From: Blastocystis sp. Blastoise
Taxonomy: Eukaryota; Protista; Bigyra: Opalinata
Assembly (NCBI GenBank): GCA_039096225.1
Contig: JBBPEB010000013.1
Location: 124,001-188,000, forward strand
Length of the DNA stretch: 64,000 nt
Direction of reading: 5' to 3'
Shown here piece by piece: positions 55,886-64,000 of the stretch. The position numbers and the translations under genes are program-made. Within the stretch, counting starts at the first letter, position 1; every line of letters starts with the position of its first letter. The notes beneath the pieces are model-generated. The model made no database searches. It was not told the DNA's origin and was given only the letters and a program-made list of their open reading frames with translations.

Positions 55886-58130
55886 TTATTGAAGACGTGT
55901 AAATACTTCGATTTCTTGAACTTTGAAATAATTATCTTTATTCTTATCATTTGAATTTACAAAAAGAGTAATTCCAAGTGTAGGATGTTTCTCATAAATA
56001 CAATTTTCATTATCATTATCAATATAACTATTACTATTTGCATTACATTCATCGTTAATATTAATAGCACCATTAAAACATGGTCCCCAATTACGATTAT
56101 AACATAATGAATATTCATCCGATTGACATTTAAAACATTGAGGCGGTAAATGGAAAGCATTTTGGAGGGAAAATATTATAGCATTTGGATCAGTAATTCC
56201 AATTCGATCTATAAATATATATATATATATAATGATAATAGTTTTTGAAATAAATCTTAATATATATTTATTGTTAAAAAATGATGAAAAAAACGTAGTG
56301 AGTATAAATTAAATAATAAAATATATTTGTATAATAAACTTTAACTTGAATAACATAAAGATAGAGAATAGTATAGAAATAATAAAAAGTTATTCATATA
56401 TATATATATACCTTCTCCTTCTCTTGGTATCCATCCAACTTTAGAATATCCACCAAATATATTAGTAACCCCTTTAATTTCACTTTTAATAATAACTATA
56501 GTTTCCCCTTTAGAATCACAAAAACGATGGAAATCTTTCGCTTTAAAACCATCTCGACTTCCTCTAAATATATATAATTATTATTATTTTGTTTATTATT
56601 ATAACATATTATTTTTTTATAACATATTATTTTTTTATAACATATTATAAAATAATGAAAAAATATATATATAAAATATAAATGTATAAAAAAAAGAATA
56701 TCTTAGAATATGAACACTGAAAAAATAATAAATATAATAATAATATTCATAAGAATAGCTTACAAATAAGTTTGATTCCATTTCTTTTGTAATCCTGTCC
56801 ATTCTAATAATTTATAAGCAAATAATGAATTTAATAATTCATTATTAATAAAACTATATTCAGGATGAGGGTTCATTGTTAACGGTAACCCTGTTTCTAA
56901 ATCACGTTTTAATACTAACATAGAATCGGATACTTTTTGTAATTTCAATTCTTGTTCTTTCAAATTGGTTTCTATACTTCCACGAGCAACATCAATTATT
57001 TGTATCATCGAACTATTATTTAAATTATTCTTTTCATCTTGTACAGTAAATTGATTTGTAGTTTCTGCTTCATATTTCTTTATAGTTGCTCGAGTACTTT
57101 CATTTTGTATTTTTGTTCGATCTTCTTGATTTGCTAACATAGAATCAGTACTCGCTTGAAGTATTTGAAATGCATTCGCAATATCAGTTTGTTGTGTCTT
57201 TAATAATGTATTTTGATTCTCAGTAACACTTTCAGCTTTTGTTTGTAATACCATCAAAGAATTCTCTAAGAACTCACGTTGATCTCGAATAATCGTATCA
57301 CAAGTCTTTATCGTCTGATCGGTAGTAGTTTTAAAAGAATTTAGCGCTTCAGATAATAAATTATATTGTTTCAAATGCTTTTCTTCTGCATTATTCAATA
57401 AATCATTTGTACGATTCTCTAATAATTCAATTGAATCCAATAAAGAATTCTGCATTTCAGTATTACGTTTTTCATGATCTTTTATCATTTCTTCCATTTT
57501 TTCTTGAAGAGAATTGATAATCTTTGTAATAGACTCATTTTGAACTTGAATTTTTGCTTCTTGACATATCAATCGTTTCGCTAATTTATTTTCCATACCT
57601 CCAGACTGATTCTTAATACTTTCAATCTCTGTCTTCATATTTGATATATCTTCTTGCAGAGTATCTAATTGAGTAGTAATTGTATGAACAGCTAATATAT
57701 AAGCATTATCTTTTTCAATCAATTGTCTTTCTTCATCTTCAATAACTCTTAATCTCTCAAATACATTAGGAGGAATAGGAATCTTAAAGAAATCCAAATC
57801 AGTCTTCATACTCTCTAATTGCTCACGATTCTTTCCATCTATATTCAATTGTTCACCTTCAAGAATAGCTATAGCAAATGATAAATTACTAACAGGATAA
57901 TTTATTGAAACAAGTCCATGATCAACACGACAAGCAGAATTCAAATAGCATTCAGTCAAATAGCAATTAGGATATAACTGTAAACATTTCACAGGAATCT
58001 GATAACGAAATTCACTACCAATACCTATAAATGTTGCTACACCAGGAATGGCATCTTCAAAAGTAGCTTCAAACTCCATATCTGGATCTGGAACTGGACT
58101 ATTCTTAGATTTTCTATCACCTTTAGCCAT
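55886..58130 (-). CDS. BTB-like, coiled-coil, TLDc domain protein; 2 introns
   Basis: N-terminal LQLYPNCYLT...DLDFFKIPIP (potassium-channel BTB-like), long heptad region, TLDc GSRDGFKAKDFHRFCDSKGETIVIIK...IFGGYS...WGPCF...FKVQEIEVF. Start at MAKGDRK assumed. Confidence 0.85.
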
Positions 58131-58663
58131 GGAATATGAATAATTAATAGTTATAAAACCTTTATAAGTTTGAATATGTTGAATTCTCTTATCTTTTATG
58201 TATATTTTAAAATTATGCTTGTGTTTATAATTATATTCATGGTAATTTTTCTTCTTGTTAAAAAAATGCTTTATCTTAACGTTAATTGAGGAAAACCTTT
58301 CATCACACATTTGATTGGATGAACGATCTCTTCAGAGTTTTTCATTGGATGAAAATCTTGATTTCTTCTTAATAATTAAAAATGTTATTTTTAATAGAAT
58401 CAAGTTATGTAATGGTATTATATATAAATAGAAACTATGTTAACTTCGTATGAAAAATAAGAAATAATCATGTGAGTGAAAATAAATAATAAATTGGCAA
58501 AAATGGGGAAAAATAAAACTGACGATGGTTTCATGGTTATGATTGAGTTTAATAATAGATTTAATAAATAAGATAACTATCGACTTAGCAACGAGTGGCT
58601 TTATATAAAAATAGAGTACAAAGGAAGAAAAGTAGTTTTTTTTTTTTGATAAAATGAGAATAT

Positions 58664-61600
58664 TTAGAATTCATTTTCTTTACGACGTTTGATAGAAAAA
58701 GACGAATCTTCTTGTCTATATATAGATAATATATTTATATGATATTATAGAATGATTTGAGTAAAAAAATAATATATAATAATATGAATAATTAGTATAA
58801 TCAAAGAATAACAATAAAATATATTATATAATAATATGAATAAATACTATAATTAGTATAATAATAAGAATAACAATAAAATAATATAGAATAATATGAA
58901 TATACTCAATAGGACGTTTATCTATGTTAATATTATGATTATTATATATAGAATAGGATGGTTCTGGTTTAACAGAGATAGAAGGAAGTAGTATGGACTC
59001 TTGTTTTATTGTATTATTACAAGTAGAATTGAGGAACCGATCGGATTCAATAGAATTACTAGAAACTGAATATTGAGGGTCTTCAGAGATAGGGGAAATA
59101 TCCTGTGATGGAGTATCTACTGAAGGAAGCACAGTACTAGCAATAGTAATATTATTATTCTTTGTTATATTATTATTTGTTATATTATTATTATTTGTTA
59201 TATTATTATTTGTAATATTATTATTATTATTATTTGTAATATTATTATTTATTATATTATTATTATTATTATTTGTAATATTATTATTTGTAATGTTATT
59301 ATTATTTGTAATATTATTATTATTTGTAATATTATTATTATTTGTAATATTATTATTACTTGATGGATTTGAATTATTATTATTAATATTATTAATATTG
59401 TTAATATTATTAATATTATTAATATTATTATTAATAGTTGTAGGTGTAGATAATAATGACTGCGAGTTTTGATTGGCTAATATAGGTCCTGGTGTCATTA
59501 ATAACGAATTCGATCGACTATCCGATTGAGATTCCGAAGGAGTATTAAAGGAGAGATTGATGAGATTTATGGATTTTAACCTATATATATCGACGTAGCA
59601 TTTATTACTCGAGATAATATATAAATATAATAATATATAAATATAATAATATAATAATACATTATATATTAATATATAAATATAATATATAAATATAATA
59701 ATATATAAATATAATAATATATAAATATATAAAATATAATAAAATATATATACTCATTATAAGCCTCTTTATTACAGCATCCACGATAGATACTAAGTAA
59801 TTGAGTAATATCTTCAGAAGATGTCATAATTCTAGTATTCATATGATTTTGAATATTTTGTAATATTTGACTTATTTGACTTTGATCTTCTTTTGGTATT
59901 GTTGTTCTACAGTAGAATAAATATAGAAAAAAATAAAGAAGAATAAAATGAGTCTATAATATCGTTAAATAGCTTGTATATAACCAATAAATGCAATACA
60001 TATAAAATCACAATAAAAAACATGAGAAAATTGTGAATTACGATAAATATACTCAAAAAATCCTTTCATATGTGCATGATAATAAGAATTAGACAGTATA
60101 TTAAATAACGCATAGAGAGCTATATAGTCATATATAATATATTTATAATAAATATGTTGTAATGTAAATCTATATATATAGTATAATTATCATGCTGATT
60201 ATAGTTCTAGCAAGACTTATGATTTATATATATAATATTCATCATAGATATCATTATAATAATAACTATTATTATTATAAACCTATATATATATATATAC
60301 CAATATGTGTGGGCAGAAAAAGAAGAGGAATAGAAGTAACAACTATTTGTTTAATAAGTTTAATGATATCATTAATAACTTGAATAAAAAGATGATTTGA
60401 AGGATGAACAGTACGAGATAATAAATATTCTATATATATAATATAGAGTATAAAAAATAATAAATAAAAAAGTATATATAATATATAAAGTAATATATAG
60501 TAAAATAGTATATGTTTAAAAAAAATATACTCTATAAAATAGTATATAAACATAAAATAAGTTGTCTAAAAAAGATTCATGAATAATAAAAGAAAATAAA
60601 TATATATATATAGATATATACCTTTAAAGGAATCTAAAAGAGACTATAGAATAGAGATTTATATATAATAGATAGAAGAGAATATTATATAAATAATATA
60701 TAAGTAATAACATAATAAATAAAGAATATAATAACTAAATGATAACATAAGAAATAAAGAATATAATAACTAAATAATAAAATAAATAATCAAGAATATA
60801 ACAATTACAAATAATAAAATAAACGACCATAATATAATAATAAAAACATACTCTAACAATTCGATAGGGTGTATAAATAATAAAATTATAATTTAATCCC
60901 TCAGCAATAATGACTTCCATTTCTAAAAGACGTTCTTTATAATCAGTTAACGAGACTTTCACGGGAATCTCCGGCTCGTCGTCATCATCATAAGCTATTG
61001 GAGTGACGGTCGATTCATTATTTAGTGATAAATTATCTATACGCAAAATAATGATTAAAGAATATGTTTAACAAATTGATATATATATAAATAATAATTT
61101 TCATAATAATAAAAAAATAGATATTTAGTATAAAAATAATATATATGAATAATATTTTTCATAATAAAAAAAATATATTTTAATAAAAAACAATATATAT
61201 ATAAATAATATTTTCATAATAAAAAAAAATATTTTAATATAAAACAATATATATATAAATAATTTTTTTCATAACAATAAAAAAATAGATATTTAGTATA
61301 AAAACATAAATATATAAATAATATTTTTCATAATAAAAAAAAATTTTAATAAAAAACAATAAATATATAAATAATTTTTTCATAAGAATAAAAGATAGAA
61401 TATTTTAATAAAAAACAATATATATACCGTCTGTAATTCTACTTTTTTCAGTGACATAACTTTTGTTATCACTTCTTGAACTAGCTATACTTTGATTGTC
61501 TTTAATACTTTCATTTACTTGTAGTTTATTTGTATTCACACTAATAGGAGATTCAGGAGGAGGATTATAGAGTGACGCATATTCTGATTTATAATGACAA

Positions 61601-62614
61601 TTATTTATATAATTATTCACTTGAATACATAAAGGATCCACTCCGTAGGGAGCTTCTTCTACCTATAATATACATATATAGATATATATTATATAACTAA
61701 ATAACATTCAACTTAAATTAAGAATATTTTAAATAGCATAAATGAACTAGATAAATAGATATTCAATATATCATAATACATAATTATTCTCTAGATAATA
61801 ATAAAATTATTTTTAAAAAATCGAAATCAAACAATACACATTATATACTTTTGTTGCTAACAGAATACAAGCACCAATAGTAACGTGAATATTATAATTT
61901 AATATTGAACGATAGATAAAGAAACGTTTAAAATAATTCACAGCAATATAAGGAATTGATTGAATAGTACAATTGAATCCCTCACAAATATCCAATATTT
62001 CTTGTTCCAAGTACTGTTTTAATAACTGCTCATCATCGTACTATAGAATTATATCATAACAATATTGAAATTGAATCATTCTCTTTATTAAAAGAATGAA
62101 TAATGTATAGTTTAAAACAATAGAATAGTAAATATCTATACAGTTAAATATTTTATATTATTTTCACTAGTTATTGGTTGAGACAGTAGATACGATTCAT
62201 TTTGAGATCTATTCTCAATTGCTATATAGAAAAATATATAAATATTTTATTGTAAAAGAATATAAACATACATTTATTCGATTGACTTGGAATTGAATCT
62301 TGTGAAAGCAATTGAACTTCTTTAGAATTATTTAAAACAATATTCTTATCATTATCAAGTGAAGAAGGATTCAAATTTGACGACGACTTCGATGGCTATA
62401 ACAAAATAATGTTTTGAAATGAAAGATATATTATTTTAATAAAATATACATTATATTTTGATTCTAAGAAATTAATTGCCTTTTGATAAGAGTCTTTCTT
62501 TATAGAATCTATTCGATAGAATCAGATTTTTCATTACAGAAATAAGTGTATACTTAGAGATTCTTCGTCAAATATCCAGTTTTCATAATGTGTAGATATT
62601 TCAAATTGTGCCAT
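58664..62614 (-). CDS. CCNH: Cyclin H-like protein; 12 introns
   Basis: MAQFEISTHYENWIF (cyclin H-type N-terminus), AVNYFKRFFIYRSILNY, ACILLATKVEE, LLEMEVIIAEGLNYNFIIYTPYR, LLFLPTHIALYAL. Ends TAA 58666-58664. Confidence 0.82.
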
Positions 62615-63113
62615 AATGAAAAACAAATAAAATAAAGAATTATTAATTTTTTTTTGAAAAAATATTTCTTTTAGTTCATTTTTACTTTTTATTCACAATT
62701 AATAGAACTCTTTTCAATGAACAAAAAAAGTTTTTCTTTTCATTTCATTCTATAATAGAAAAAGAAAATCATGAAAAATATAGATTTGAATATTGATTAA
62801 CCTATATAGAACATACAACATTTAAATAGCATTGAAAAACATAATGAATCAAATAAAGATTCAAACAATTTTCTATATTTCATTTAATATCATAAATAAA
62901 TTCATAAATTAAAAGTGATCTAACAAAATAGTAATAATAAAATTGAAACAAAACAAAAAGAAAAACAAAATGAATCAATGAATTACGTTATTCCAACATA
63001 TAAAAAATAAAATTAACTTTCAAAATAAAAAGTGAAAAAAATAGAGATTATTACAGTAAAATAATCCCCATATCAAACCATCAATACCGAAACAAAATAA
63101 ATAACAATAAAAA

Positions 63114-63519
63114 TTAAAGGTTTTTTAAGCAAGAATTGAATTCATTAAGAAGATTTTGACATGCGTTGAGACTGTTATTTGATTGTTGAAGACAATGAGT
63201 GAGTTCGTTGAATTTTATAGGACAAGTTTGTTTAGCATAAGCAATACTATAGATTGAGAATTAATATATATGTTCAAAAAAATTAAAAAAACAATAAATT
63301 TAATTAAAAAAAAAGGTTATATTCATACACTTCTTGATGACACATGGAAACAGCTTGATGAAGTTCATTAGTTTTTTCGTGAATTCCTTCAGTAGAAGCT
63401 TGTTCATAAGCTTTTTGAAGGTCAATACATTGAGTACTGATGAGTTCAGAGACAGCAGTTAATTCATAAGGAGTAGGAATAGAAAGAATTTGGCTTTCAG
63501 CGTTATTGATAGCTTCCAT
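63114..63519 (-). CDS. NDUFA8: Complex I accessory subunit NDUFA8-like CX9C protein; 1 intron
   Basis: Spliced product IPTPYELTAVSELISTQC...AVSMC...KQTCPIKFNELTHCLQQSNNSLNACQNLLNEFNSC: twin CX9C at the C-terminus, with N-terminal IPT motif and spacing as recalled for NDUFA8. Confidence 0.72.
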
Positions 63520-63926
63520 GATTATTGTTATAATTAAGAAAAAGTAGATATAAGAATACAAATAATTATTAATGAATTAATCAATAAATAAAAGTGAATA
63601 CTCAACAATTTTTCTGTTTTTCGTAAAAATAATGAATGGTAACTTCCAGGGTTCGCCAAACTGTACTTTGAGTACGGTCTGTACTCCAAGAAAGTTTTTT
63701 TGTACTCCAAAGAAAATTTCTTTGTAAATGGTTAAATAAGTCTATTATGATAGATATATTATTATAAACATAAAGTAGATGAATCAAACTATCGTTTTTA
63801 TGCGAATAAAGCATTTTTATTGAAGTTGGTTTTTCTAATTGACGATTTTGTTTCTTAAACTCTTATTTGTAGAAATTATTTCAGTAAATAGTAATAATAT
63901 AATATATAATTCATTCACAATTCAAA

Positions 63927-64000
63927 ATGTTCTCCGTCGATTTTAATCACCTGAAAACAAGTAATTCAGTATATATATTTTTTTGTAAAACTCAAATATA
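63927..64000 (+). CDS. Probable first exon of the next gene (MFSVDFNHLKTSNS), running off the window
   Basis: AAAATG context, 14 open codons, then consensus donor GTATAT at 63969. No homology evidence. Confidence 0.4.
   Translation, partial: MFSVDFNHLKTSNSVYIFFCKTQI

Noticed and set aside
58131-58310. 60-codon N-terminal extension of ORF 56760..58310
   Set aside because: Composition looks like AT-rich UTR; MAKGDRK at 58130 is the more plausible start, though unproven.

Overview
Very AT-rich, intron-dense eukaryotic nuclear DNA using the standard genetic code. Gene content suggests a low-GC Blastocystis-like stramenopile (inference only): repeated Ig-like surface protein, BTB-like/TLDc protein, CHD with FYR domains, complex I subunit, TGTTTGTT motifs. 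Manual exon stitching gives 16 protein genes plus a possible 17th start at the right edge: LTN1 (5' partial), RBBP6/MPE1, LSG1, SHAQKYF-class MYB, DDX41, CHD-FYR remodeller, Ig/HRM-like membrane protein, ASH2-like SPRY, ankyrin-ZZ, eIF1A, PPAN/SSF1, mitochondrial Lon, SEM1/DSS1, TLDc protein, cyclin H and NDUFA8. About 135-140 introns (hand count) mostly read GTATAT...ATATAG, so their ends are near-inverted (TA)n tracts, and many hold private minisatellites. Main observation: four well-supported introns and one ambiguous one need non-canonical ends (AT-AG, GT-AA, GA-AG, CT-AG) to restore the expected protein. In every case the deviant base equals the base of the spliced mRNA at that position. 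This points either to relaxed, structure-assisted splicing or mRNA-templated change, or to an RNA-read polishing artefact in the assembly; raw DNA reads would decide. No rRNA, tRNA, CRISPR or transposase was recognised. Most ORF-track entries rich in Y/I/L/F are intron noise.
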